DNA from: a virus
Taxonomy: Duplodnaviria; Caudoviricetes
Length of the DNA stretch: 64,000 nucleotides
IMG/VR virus record: IMGVR_UViG_2724679183_000002
Coordinates: 32,001-96,000 of that record
Strand: one strand, 5' to 3'
Of the stretch, positions 20,739-30,259 are shown piece by piece. Each line of letters opens with the position of its first letter. The stretch's first letter is position 1. The notes beneath the pieces were generated by a model. The model saw nothing but the letters and a program-made list of their open reading frames with translations. It was not told the DNA's origin and did no database searches. Position numbers and translations under genes: made by a program.

Positions 20739-21194
20739 TTAATAGTGAATTTTAAAGAATTCGTTATCTAATGGGTTTACTTTAAAAATCAAATCTAAAC
20801 CTGATACTTCTCCATTAACACCTTTAAGTTCTGCTCTAGAAATAATTTCGACATTGTTAAATTCTAAAGTAACCTTATGTGACTTTGATGTCTCAAGATG
20901 ACGGCCAATTGTTTCAGCTAATAATTTGAATTCAGAGCGAGGAGTTTCTTTTAAAACTGAAATATATTGTTTCTTCCCTAACTTTGATTCAAAGGAGGTA
21001 GGGGATTTATAATCACCTAAAAATTTAAGCACATCAAAATTGAGCAGAGCGTTTTTTGCAAAAATTAAATACGTTTCATGTTCATCGCTATAAAAAATTT
21101 CAACATCTTGAAGAGTCGTTAAATCAATTAAAGATTCTTCAGTTTTTCCATCATACAAATGAAGGTTATACACTTCGTGCATTGCTAAATCCAA
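20739..21194 (-). CDS. Hypothetical protein
   Basis: 151 aa with AAAGGAG RBS. Confidence 0.6.
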   Translation of the reverse strand: MDLAMHEVYNLHLYDGKTEESLIDLTTLQDVEIFYSDEHETYLIFAKNALLNFDVLKFLGDYKSPTSFESKLGKKQYISVLKETPRSEFKLLAETIGRHLETSKSHKVTLEFNNVEIISRAELKGVNGEVSGLDLIFKVNPLDNEFFKIHY

Positions 21195-21303
21195 ATTTAT
21201 TCTCTCCTTTAAGATATAGACTCAGAAATTACCTTCTTAAATTCTTCCGAAAATTGACCCCAATAAATAGATAGTTCGTTTATAAATGAAGCAATGCTCA
21301 ATA

Positions 21304-21678
21304 TTAATCCTCCTTTATGTAATGCGATACACGTTCAGATAATTTCTTATGCATCAATCGAAGTGAAGTTCTAAGAAAACCTAAAGTTCTACTTAATTCT
21401 CCGAAAACACAACTTAAACTATGATAAGCTTTAAAATCACTTTTATTAAATGAAGTAGCAATAAAGGTTTTGAGATTTTCGATTTCAGATGAAATTAACT
21501 TATTCATATTTGCCAAGTATTTAATTTCACTCATGTCTTGAGTATTTATCAATTTCATGTACTCACATAATGATTTGGCGACAGTTTTATATGCAGGATG
21601 ATTACCTTCTTTACGTAGTTCAGACAGCTTACTTAAGCAATTACCGATATTTTCTTCGATGAAATCTTTATTTTCCAT
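21304..21678 (-). CDS. Hypothetical protein
   Basis: 124 aa with AAGGAG RBS. Confidence 0.55.
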   Translation of the reverse strand: MENKDFIEENIGNCLSKLSELRKEGNHPAYKTVAKSLCEYMKLINTQDMSEIKYLANMNKLISSEIENLKTFIATSFNKSDFKAYHSLSCVFGELSRTLGFLRTSLRLMHKKLSERVSHYIKED

Positions 21679-21718
21679 AATCGTTCTCCTTGAAAGCGAT
21701 TGGTCGCAACCCTATATT

Positions 21719-22918
21719 TTATTTTTCATTCTTAAATCTAATTATGTATGTAGCTTCAATTCCTTCATCGTTAAACACCATAAACTTTTGAGACGGTTTT
21801 GTGCCAAAGCGTCCCTGCATGGCATAATCATCCGCACCGACAAGCGCGCCGTTTACTACAACTGTTGTGCTGCCGTACTCTTTTTCATAATTGTGATGAA
21901 TATGACCACCGAATATGTAAGAAGGGATATAGCCAAGCAATTGGGGTAATCGTGTTACACACTGATCAACACGATCGTAGTGGCCGTGCACAAACACGAC
22001 TTCCTGATTGTTGATTTTAGCGGGGATGAAGCCGTCTTGCTCAGGTTCAATGGAGATGTTCTTTATATCTTTCAATCTGGCTTCAAGATACCAATTAATA
22101 AGATATTCAAAGTTTTCTTTAATCCCCACATCATTTTTAGAAGGGGAGAGGCGACCGTGATTACCAGCCACATTGTAGAATTTAACCTCTTGAAACTCGC
22201 TTGCCATCATAGCCAACACCTCAGCAAGTGATTCTGAGACATATTTTATTTGTTCTACAGCATCTTCATTGGCCTGAACTCTTGTAGACACATGAATAAG
22301 ACCTCCGATTAAATCACCGAGGTTTGCCACGTGTAGTGTGGAAATATGATTCTGTTTACCGTACTCAATAACTTTGTTGGTCAGGTGCTCTACACGCTCA
22401 TTAAAGATTTCTTTATTGAATTTATTGATGCGGTTGTCAATTTCCATTCCGAAGTGCCAATCACTGAAAAGAGCAAGTCCATGTTTTTCAGTAATAGCAG
22501 GTGATGGGAAGGTGAAGCGAAGAGGTCTTTTTGACTCTAGAGATGCAATGGCTTGTACAACATCATCTTTAATTTTTTCAAACCGTGCTTGATTGGCGAT
22601 GAATTTTCGGTATTCTCTTTTTTGATCTCGGGCTTTGATTGTTTGTTTTTCGGATTCAATGCGGATTTCTTCGTGTTTTTGTTGAACTTCTTTGTTCATA
22701 TTCTTTGAGATAAAATAATCGTGCCAGCGCTCATATTGTTTAAAGTCTTTACGCCACTTGCTTTCATCATAGTTGGTTCCTTGATCCTTATTTAAAAGGG
22801 AAGCAATTGTTTTTGTGTCAATGTGATAAGTATCTTTGTTTTTGAAAAGCCTAATATGATAATCAGTGAATGATTCGTCTTTTTCTCGTTGCAACACAGG
22901 ATCTAAAATAGCTGTCAT
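21719..22918 (-). CDS. yonJ: Calcineurin-like metallophosphoesterase (YonJ)
   Basis: Motifs SDWH, GDL, GNHG, HGH, GHIH. Confidence 0.85.
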   Translation of the reverse strand: MTAILDPVLQREKDESFTDYHIRLFKNKDTYHIDTKTIASLLNKDQGTNYDESKWRKDFKQYERWHDYFISKNMNKEVQQKHEEIRIESEKQTIKARDQKREYRKFIANQARFEKIKDDVVQAIASLESKRPLRFTFPSPAITEKHGLALFSDWHFGMEIDNRINKFNKEIFNERVEHLTNKVIEYGKQNHISTLHVANLGDLIGGLIHVSTRVQANEDAVEQIKYVSESLAEVLAMMASEFQEVKFYNVAGNHGRLSPSKNDVGIKENFEYLINWYLEARLKDIKNISIEPEQDGFIPAKINNQEVVFVHGHYDRVDQCVTRLPQLLGYIPSYIFGGHIHHNYEKEYGSTTVVVNGALVGADDYAMQGRFGTKPSQKFMVFNDEGIEATYIIRFKNEK

Positions 22919-22929
22919 TCAGTCACCAC

Positions 22930-23139
22930 CTACTCAGAGAGTCCTTCAGTTTCTAGGGGTACAACTTCACTATCGCTTTTTAGAGTAAAATCAATTGGTT
23001 CTGTTTTGCTTTCAATCTCTCTTAGATATTTAGACAGTGAGTGAATATGAATGCCATCATTTTTATACTCAATGATTTGATCTTCATCTACATTTACAGT
23101 GCATTTTTCAAAAGAGTATTCTTTCTTACCTTTAGCCAA
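22930..23139 (-). CDS. yonK: YonK-family protein
   Basis: 69 aa, TTG after GGAGG. Synteny. Confidence 0.65.
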   Translation of the reverse strand: MAKGKKEYSFEKCTVNVDEDQIIEYKNDGIHIHSLSKYLREIESKTEPIDFTLKSDSEVVPLETEGLSE

Positions 23140-23174
23140 ATTTGATTCCTCCAATTATTTGTTTTATTTACGTA

Positions 23175-23296
23175 CAATAAGCTCCTTCGGAAGCCCGATG
23201 ATCCGAAGCATCGGTAACGTCCGAGAAGGGGATATAAAGGAGATGAAAGATAATAAGTCGGATAGGCGTTGGGGAAACGCCCGAAGGAGATTATTG
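23175..23296 (-). ncRNA. Putative structured RNA / leader (multi-branch junction with CU-rich loop)
   Basis: Closing stem CAATAA-g-CTCCTTCGG / CCGAAGGAG-a-TTATTG plus three internal helices. Confidence 0.5.
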
Positions 23297-23416
23297 ATAA
23301 CTTGCGTACATATGTATTACAGACCTATTCCAGTTATCAAGAGGTGCTCTGTATGGTAAAATAATACACAATAGGTATAATGAAGTGTAGATGAAATTTG
23401 TAAAAGAGGTGTTTTT

Positions 23417-23596
23417 TTGAGAGACAAAGTTTTGAATGCCTTTATTATAATAGGTGTTTTGTTGATAGTTGGAGCGGTTACTGTTTTTAAAGATTTTGAA
23501 TATCACCAATATCTTCGTTTTGGTGGGGCAATATTGATTGCTTTTGGCTATATGTTTGGTTATGACAAAGTAAAAGCTAAAAAAAAGAGTAAATGA
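23417..23596 (+). CDS. Small two-TM membrane protein (59 aa)
   Basis: AGAGGTG RBS, TTG start. MRDKVLNAFIIIGVLLIVGAVTVF...GGAILIAFGYMFGYDKVKAKKKSK. TATAAT upstream. Confidence 0.65.
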   Translation: MRDKVLNAFIIIGVLLIVGAVTVFKDFEYHQYLRFGGAILIAFGYMFGYDKVKAKKKSK

Positions 23597-24352
23597 CTTT
23601 TAAATTCTATTGTTCTAGTTATTTTCTTACCCCTCTCACCTACACCAGTAACTCACGTAGGAACGTAAGCCTTCGGATCGTCAAGCAAATCTGAAAATAA
23701 CAAAAGACGTCATTATGACGTCTTCAGGAACTCCTTGTACATCATGGTACATGAGCATAAAAGGCTAGTTTTCGCTGTGCGGAATCCAGCTGGCTCCTTC
23801 TACACCTGGTAGATGAGCTAATTCATTTAAGGAATGCGAATGAAGGAAATCAATCCTGCGTTATTGCCAACTACTCAACCATAAAATGGGTTAAATAGTC
23901 GCCGAATAACCTCTGAATTCGCAGTAACTGACTTTGGAAGGAATCCCAAAGCTGGACGTATCGAGGTATCTTTTTTGTCCCCCACGCGGGAATTAAACGG
24001 TTACTCTCGTTTAATGTATTCAAAAACAAATTACGAGAAGGAAAGACCCATTATAAGCCTTCTCTATGGCATTTTCAGTCTCTCTTGTTAGGTTACACGC
24101 CTTATTGAGAAACAAAGCGTCTCAAACGCTCGCCATTTATTTTGCACAGTTTTCATCAACCCGTGTAAGGAGGTATGTGCATGGGAAAGGTAAGACTCCA
24201 TTCAGAACATTGAAAGGAGATGAAGTGAATAAAATAGTGAAAATGAAAAGGCAAGACCGAATATAATCCTTTTCTGTGAAATGGGAGCGGTGATCAAGCG
24301 CCCAAAAACCATTACACTTATTTTGCGAGTATAGAAGACTCGCTAACCCGGA

Positions 24353-24869
24353 AAAAATTTTGATGACCGCATAATAAGCAGTAAAGCTTACAAGGGCATT
24401 ATTTAAAGGTAAGGAAGACGCATCTGCCTTACCTAAATGCAAGCCGAAGCAGTGCACCGCAATTAATATTCAGGTTACATGCCACCCATAATAAGACCCT
24501 GATGGGATTCAGTCGCAATTATATTAATCGTTAAGTCTTATCGGCATGTTTAGCCCGATAATAGCCATTTACCTCGAACCCTCATAAATGACTATTATCC
24601 GACTAACCACAATGACCAGTTGTAGCTTTGAAGCCGAATTTAATGAAATTTGTTCATTTGAAAGTGAGAATAGACATGTTTACAAAGAAGCTTAGTCCAC
24701 ACGCTGGGGGCAATACCCCGCTAATATCCACTTATATGAAACCCTGGCACTCCAAGTCCTCAAATAAATGAATATTAGCCGAGAACTGATATCCCACGTA
24801 CCAGTAATCAGCTTATTATTGACGACACCCCCATGTCATCAATAAAGAACTCTAATTAATTAACCCGGA
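24353..24869 (-). ncRNA. Putative large structured ncRNA (~500 nt)
   Basis: Multiple 12-21 bp helices whose mismatches become G-U pairs only on the - strand, plus a candidate loop pseudoknot. No credible ORF. Confidence 0.55.
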
Positions 24870-24871
24870 GA

Positions 24872-25011
24872 TGAATGCGGGAGAGGATTTGCACCTCTCA
24901 TGGATGACAATTCGCCAACTATTAGTCTTCTCTTGAAGGTCGGCCTCGAGATTCCCGAAGGTCAGTCATACCACCTCGATCTACGCGTTTACCTTTTTCG
25001 CCACCGCATTC
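24872..25011 (-). ncRNA. tRNA-like RNA with expanded anticodon domain (not a canonical tRNA)
   Basis: Acceptor GAATGCGG/CCGCATTC, D-arm TGGCG-AAAAAGGTAAA-CGC, T-arm GAGAGG-TGCAAAT-CCTCTC, and an ~85-nt branched insert in place of the anticodon arm. Confidence 0.65.
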
Positions 25012-25039
25012 TGTGGGAAAAGAGGGGAAGGACACTACA

Positions 25040-25315
25040 TTAAGCTTTCACTGCGTCTTTGAGAGCTTTAGCAGCCTTGAAGGCAGGTGCTTTTGTAGCT
25101 GGAATATCAATTTCCTCACCTGTTTGGGGATTTCTCCCTTTACGAGCAGCACGTTCACGAACTTCAAATGTTCCAACTCCAGGAATCTTGATTGATTCAC
25201 CTTTTGTTAGTGTTTCAACGATGACATCAAATACTGCTTCTACTTTAGGAGTAGCTTCTTTTTTAGTTACTCCTAATTTTTCTGCAACTTCTCCAACAAA
25301 TTCTGTTTTATTCAT
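25040..25315 (-). CDS. yonN: HU-family DNA-binding protein (YonN)
   Basis: MNKTEF...GTFEVRERAARKGRNPQTGEEIDIPA...FKAAKALKDAVK, a classic HU sequence. Confidence 0.95.
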   Translation of the reverse strand: MNKTEFVGEVAEKLGVTKKEATPKVEAVFDVIVETLTKGESIKIPGVGTFEVRERAARKGRNPQTGEEIDIPATKAPAFKAAKALKDAVKA

Positions 25316-25566
25316 GTTTTATTTCCTCCTAGTGATTTTGTTTATTTTTGTGTTAAAGTATAATTACGGTAACGTTTGGACTTTTTTGAAAAATGGGAGA
25401 CCTACTCGCCCTTTTATGTGGAAATTAGCTTTCTTTCTCCCTTATGGCGATTATCTCAAAAGGGGCTTTCAGCCCAGTCATATCAAGGGTTCAAGGCACT
25501 TTTTTTGTTAAACTTTTTCCGGTAAAATCGCTGTACCCCTTGGGGGAGTAAGGCTCACAGCACTTT

Positions 25567-28077
25567 CTATTTTCCTAAATGATAATATTGCTTATTTTGT
25601 TTGTTCTTTATTATTTTCGAACACCTGGAGCAATACTTAGATTTATTTGAGGCAGACTTATACATCTTGCCACAATTAATACATGCTTTATGTTTTGTGA
25701 AGTTATTGCGGATATTTTCTAAAATTACATCACCAAAGCACTCCCACAAAGTCGATTTGAACTTACTCTTCTTTTTATATAGATACTTAACTAAAACATC
25801 AGCAACATATTGCTCGTCTTCATGAATCTTCAGCAATCTGTCTTTAATAACCTTATAGACATAAAGTTTTTGTCCAGGCTTAATGTCTTCATCATTCATG
25901 AGCCATTTCTTATTTTGGTCTAATCGTTTGTATTCACTAATTATCGCATCGTCTAATTTAATCTCTTTGTTCTTAAGCAAGAAGCGATAATCGAACTTTC
26001 CTGCAACAGCTGCGAAATTAATTCGGTCGGATGGGATGATGGAGTCTAACTTATTTACTGTGCTTTCATTAATCAACTCAACGCTATGTTCTTCTTTATC
26101 TTTAGCATTGATAAAGAAGTGAGGGACTTTATTTTTTATGTAATCTTTGATTTTCTCATCAACATGATTAGGACGAGTAGGCATGAATAAGGTTTTTGCA
26201 AAATCGATAGTAAAGTTGTTCTCCATACATAACCACTTGATCACATCTAAGTTTATATTATCACTGTTCCATATCTTAGTGATGTTGTTACTGTATTCTC
26301 CAATATTGATTCCATAAGCAAGGGTCAGAGCTTCATAAATGTTCTTGCTATTAATCTCTTGTTTCTGGGCTACAGACATTTCATAATACAGCGGAACGAT
26401 GTCCTTCATATTACGTCTGGCAATATTAACGATTAACTCATCAGAGATTATTAGAGCTTTATCACCGTCATTGTCAAACTGCAAAAGCTTAGAGATAGGG
26501 TCATGAATGCTGGTGTATACGCCTGGAGTAATGAACCACTTTTCACATTCCTCATCTTTTTTGTTCCGCCTAACTCCATGTTCTCTGTATAGGTGAGGGG
26601 AGCGGAGGATATCAATATATCCATCATCATATAAGGAACAATAGACATTGCTGCCCGAGAGAAGTCCTTTTGGATTCTCGACATTCAGAAATAGTTTTTC
26701 ACAGAAAGCGTACAAATCAGGGCATAAGTATGTATAACGAGCACCATCCACGAGCAATTTTCCTGATTTAGCATCCTTAATCATGCTTTTCTTTTTATTT
26801 TTAATAATTTCTTTCGTGTGATCGTCGTTAAGAAGCTCCGGATATAAAAGTAAAGCTTCCTGGAGAGCTGTTTTATGTTTCTTTTTCTCCGTAGCCCCAA
26901 GAACTCTTAACATGGTCTCTTTATCAGTACCCAATGTGGTTATCTCATTTATTGTCTTAGAGCTAATTTGCTTTAATTCCTCATCAGTGATATCTGTAAG
27001 TGTCTGAAGCATTTGATAAGTAAGCTTACCTTCAACAGAAGGGTCTTCTTCATTAAGCTTTGCCCCTAAGCATCCATATTTTTTATAACTGTCTTGATAT
27101 TCTTCCCACGATGAGTAATACTTCCACATTTTAAACTGGCTTTTAGTAAAGATAATGTGAATATCATCTTTCACTACGTCCCATTCCTTGCCGTATATAT
27201 CAGTTACTTTAAATGAACTGTTTTCCTCAGCAAATTTACGAAAATCAAATGGGACTAATAATCCCTTTACCCATGGGAGCCTGACCATGAAGCTTTTACG
27301 ACTTAGAGTGGGAAGAATCATTCCGCAGCCATCTGTATGCTCAATAGGAATGTTCATTGTTTTTCGTGTGATCTCGTAGGTGTCTCGGTCAATATAGTCA
27401 ACAAGGCTTGATACATCTGTTTCTAAGTCGTTTACAACAATTGCTTTATCAATATCAATCTCCCAAGGGCTACTGGCGCTATTGGATAAAGCCATATAGC
27501 TATTCCATTTGTTAATGCTACTACCACCAAGGGAGTTGATCTTTTCAATGCTCAAGCCGCATGTCAAAGCAGCTTGATACTTATCGTAAGTGCTTTTTTT
27601 AATGAAACATGATTTCTTTGTACGAATTTGACCGGCGCTACTTGTGAAATAAACGTATTTCTCATTGTTATGTAAAAATCCTTGGTCAATAATGTCCTTC
27701 AATACCTCAAAATGATAAGTCTGGACAACCATGATTTCTTCAGAAAGGGTGTTTTCTTTAATCCCCAAGGTTCGCGTCAACACTGAATCAAATAAAGAAA
27801 TCACTTTATTGTCCCTTAAGCTGTCAGTTCGAAGTGTTCTTATGTCATTATGTTCTTTGAATGCAGAGTAGAGGCATTCTTTAAGGTATGTAATTCTTTG
27901 CGAAATGAATTTCTTATGTTTATTATGTGCATTATCTAATGTCTTAAGATAATCTCTGTATCTATAAGACTTCAAAATCTTATTATGTAATGAATTTTCA
28001 TTGTCATTGTAAAATGCGGATGTATCCACACTGTAGATATGAACTTGCTTAGACAGTCCATCCTTTTTTCTTTTCAA
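25567..28077 (-). CDS. yonO: Single-subunit DNA-dependent RNA polymerase YonO
   Basis: 836 aa. HTDGCG, LRSPH, and catalytic QFDNDGDK (DxDGD variant). Confidence 0.93.
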   Translation of the reverse strand: MKRKKDGLSKQVHIYSVDTSAFYNDNENSLHNKILKSYRYRDYLKTLDNAHNKHKKFISQRITYLKECLYSAFKEHNDIRTLRTDSLRDNKVISLFDSVLTRTLGIKENTLSEEIMVVQTYHFEVLKDIIDQGFLHNNEKYVYFTSSAGQIRTKKSCFIKKSTYDKYQAALTCGLSIEKINSLGGSSINKWNSYMALSNSASSPWEIDIDKAIVVNDLETDVSSLVDYIDRDTYEITRKTMNIPIEHTDGCGMILPTLSRKSFMVRLPWVKGLLVPFDFRKFAEENSSFKVTDIYGKEWDVVKDDIHIIFTKSQFKMWKYYSSWEEYQDSYKKYGCLGAKLNEEDPSVEGKLTYQMLQTLTDITDEELKQISSKTINEITTLGTDKETMLRVLGATEKKKHKTALQEALLLYPELLNDDHTKEIIKNKKKSMIKDAKSGKLLVDGARYTYLCPDLYAFCEKLFLNVENPKGLLSGSNVYCSLYDDGYIDILRSPHLYREHGVRRNKKDEECEKWFITPGVYTSIHDPISKLLQFDNDGDKALIISDELIVNIARRNMKDIVPLYYEMSVAQKQEINSKNIYEALTLAYGINIGEYSNNITKIWNSDNINLDVIKWLCMENNFTIDFAKTLFMPTRPNHVDEKIKDYIKNKVPHFFINAKDKEEHSVELINESTVNKLDSIIPSDRINFAAVAGKFDYRFLLKNKEIKLDDAIISEYKRLDQNKKWLMNDEDIKPGQKLYVYKVIKDRLLKIHEDEQYVADVLVKYLYKKKSKFKSTLWECFGDVILENIRNNFTKHKACINCGKMYKSASNKSKYCSRCSKIIKNKQNKQYYHLGK

Positions 28078-28118
28078 CCAATCCCCTCCGTTTAATGCTT
28101 ATATTTCACTTTTTAATA

Positions 28119-28298
28119 TTAATAATCACTCCTTAAATATTTATAAACCAGTCTTTTATATGTAATCGATTCTTTATCAATAGTACCGAAGAGTTTGAAG
28201 TCCTCATAAAGCTCGCATTCGCTTTGTGTAGCCCAATCATTTTGCACAATTGATTCTAGAAATTCAATTACGTGAGTAGTCATGTATGTTTTCCGCAT
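28119..28298 (-). CDS. YonP-like small protein (59 aa)
   Basis: AGGAGGTG RBS. MRKTYMTTHVIEFLES...YLRSDY. Located upstream of yonO. Confidence 0.65.
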   Translation of the reverse strand: MRKTYMTTHVIEFLESIVQNDWATQSECELYEDFKLFGTIDKESITYKRLVYKYLRSDY

Positions 28299-28372
28299 AT
28301 CACACCTCCTTTTTCTTGTTTATATTATATACTTATATTTTATTTTTGTCTATGGTTTTCTGAGCCGAAAAA

Positions 28373-28603
28373 TTACTTCAGCTCAATAAGTTCAAAAATT
28401 TCTTTGATGTCGCAATCCAAGACTTTTGAAATGACAAGAGCATATGAAAGTGAAGGGGTATACTTACAGAAACCACTCTCATCATTTTTAGACCATCTAG
28501 AAATCTGCTGTTTTGTTACACCGGTTTTTTCTGCAAGCCAAACTTTTTGAATACCTCGTTCTTTTAAATAAGGTTCTAAATTGGTTTTTATTTTGTATTT
28601 CAA
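28373..28603 (-). CDS. XRE-family HTH regulator
   Basis: LKERGIQKVWLAEKTGVTKQQISRW...PSL..A..ISKVL. TTG start after GAAAGGA. Confidence 0.85.
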   Translation of the reverse strand: MKYKIKTNLEPYLKERGIQKVWLAEKTGVTKQQISRWSKNDESGFCKYTPSLSYALVISKVLDCDIKEIFELIELK

Positions 28604-28690
28604 TAATAACCATCCTTTCTTATTTAAAAGATACAACACTAATACCTTCATCTCAATCGAGTTATTGATTTTTTAAATGTAATGTTCTTT

Positions 28691-28762
28691 TTGTAATCAT
28701 TAATGATTACAATAGTTGCAGAAAATGATTACTTCGGATATTATCATATTGGGTAATCTTTT
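28691..28762 (+). promoter_or_regulatory. sigA-like promoter with AATGATTAC repeats (operator or tubC-like)
   Basis: TTGCAG(28716)-17-TATTAT(28739). Perfect palindrome TTGTAATCATTAATGATTACAA at 28691-28712, with further copies at 28724 and 28753. Confidence 0.55.
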
Positions 28763-28805
28763 ATCCAGAAATATCAAGCCTGATCATTTTGTGGAGGGAG
28801 TAATT

Positions 28806-29105
28806 TTGGGGAATTATTTTGAGTTGATAACTTCAAACCTAAATTTTGATGACTTGTCAATTTTGACTTTTCTTTCGGAAAGGGGAGCAGACATTAAAGT
28901 TAAAGCAATTTCCAAAAATGAAATCAAAGATATAGCTATTGAAGCAGGTACGCCTTTGACAGAAGCAGCTTTAAGAAAGGCATTATATCGGCTTGAAGCT
29001 CTTATGTTTATAAAAATTGTGGCTGGGGCGAGATCCCACAAAGTAATGTTAACTGATTATGGATACGAAGCTTTGAGATATCAATTAGAAGGGGAGAGGG
29101 TTTAA
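28806..29105 (+). CDS. Winged-helix DNA-binding protein, TubR-like
   Basis: 99 aa, TTG after GGAGGGAG. wHTH pattern (ALRKALYRLEALMFI...LTDYG). Stop overlaps the tubZ ATG. Confidence 0.65.
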   Translation: MGNYFELITSNLNFDDLSILTFLSERGADIKVKAISKNEIKDIAIEAGTPLTEAALRKALYRLEALMFIKIVAGARSHKVMLTDYGYEALRYQLEGERV

Positions 29106-30217
29106 TGTTTGGATTTATTGGAGTAGGTCAGGCCGGTGGAAGTGTTGCAGATGAAGCAATGAAGAGAGGATTTCATTCTGTGGCAATAAATTATTCACTT
29201 TCAGACCTTAATTCATTGGTTAATGTCCAGGATAAGCTTCATCTGGTTGGAACAGAAGGAGTTGGCAAAGAAAGAAGTGTAGCAGCGAAACATATGAAAA
29301 ACAACTGGGAATCTTCTATTGAGTTTATAAAGAACACAATGGAAAAGCCTTCAGTTCAAGTCATTTTTGTTGTTTTCTCTGCAGCTGGTGGAACTGGTTC
29401 AGGGGTAGCTCCTATATTATTAGAATTGCTAAACGAATGTCTTACTCATAAAACAATAGTTGCTGTTCCAATCCTTCCTGATAGCAATGAGGTGTTGGTT
29501 AACCAGATGAATTCACTGGAGTTACTTGAGGACTTATCCATGCCAGAGACATGTGTTTTACCTTTGGATAATCAAATGGTTTTGAGTAAATACGATGGAA
29601 AGATTTCTGAGACCAGGCTGTACAAGGAGACAAATAAAATGTTCCTTGATTTAATTGAAGTCTTACTCAATTACACGGACAGGGGATCAAAGATCAGTAC
29701 ATTAGACAGGAAGGATTTAAATCAGCTTTTTGACACACCAGGAATAATGACTATTGCTCAAACAGACCTCAATGAATTTACAAATGAGGGTAAGTATTTT
29801 GATAAGCTACATGATGATATACAAAAGTCGTGGAACAATTCGATTTTCACTCCTGTTGAGTTTGAAAATGTAATGAGAGCAGGAGTTATTCTGGATGTTC
29901 ACGAGTTCTTGACGGAGCATATTTCATATAATGAGCTGTTTAATGTCTTTGATAACAAGATGCCCCTAGACTTATTTAAAGGGCATTATGATAAAGGTAA
30001 TAGGGCGATAACGATTCTTAGTGGATTAACCTGGATCAATGAGCGGATGAAGCAGTTAGATGATCTAATTGAAACAGGGAACACTGAGATGAAAGAAACA
30101 ACTGTTTATAAAGCTAGGAATCGACGTAGAGAAGACTTGTTTAAACCAAAGAAACTGGAGAACAAGGAATCGAAAAAGACCTCGTATATGGAAGCACTGA
30201 AGAAATTAAAGCGCTAA
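29105..30217 (+). CDS. Tubulin/FtsZ-family GTPase, TubZ-like
   Basis: GVGQAGG, EGVGK, signature AGGTGSG, LDN, T7-loop-like LDRKD, basic C-terminal tail. Confidence 0.9.
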   Translation: MFGFIGVGQAGGSVADEAMKRGFHSVAINYSLSDLNSLVNVQDKLHLVGTEGVGKERSVAAKHMKNNWESSIEFIKNTMEKPSVQVIFVVFSAAGGTGSGVAPILLELLNECLTHKTIVAVPILPDSNEVLVNQMNSLELLEDLSMPETCVLPLDNQMVLSKYDGKISETRLYKETNKMFLDLIEVLLNYTDRGSKISTLDRKDLNQLFDTPGIMTIAQTDLNEFTNEGKYFDKLHDDIQKSWNNSIFTPVEFENVMRAGVILDVHEFLTEHISYNELFNVFDNKMPLDLFKGHYDKGNRAITILSGLTWINERMKQLDDLIETGNTEMKETTVYKARNRRREDLFKPKKLENKESKKTSYMEALKKLKR

Positions 30218-30227
30218 GTTTAAAGGG

Positions 30228-30259
30228 AAGCTACCTATTATGGTGGCTTTTTTATTTTG
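30228..30259 (+). terminator. Intrinsic terminator after tubZ
   Basis: AAGCTACC-TATTAT-GGTGGCTT followed by a T tract. Confidence 0.7.

Noticed and set aside
24066-24457. ORFs 24066..24266 (+) and 24137..24457 (-)
   Set aside because: No RBS at the predicted starts, atypical composition, and overlap with the structured-RNA region.
23700-24860. Group I/II intron
   Set aside because: No interrupted host gene, and no P7/P3 core or domain V that I could recognise.
24872-25011. Canonical tRNA or tmRNA call
   Set aside because: No anticodon loop and an atypical T-loop. Too short for tmRNA, with no tag ORF or G3-U70.
29105-30217. Host-type ftsZ
   Set aside because: Lacks the FtsZ C-terminal core peptide and dcw context, and is paired with a wHTH gene as in tubRZ.
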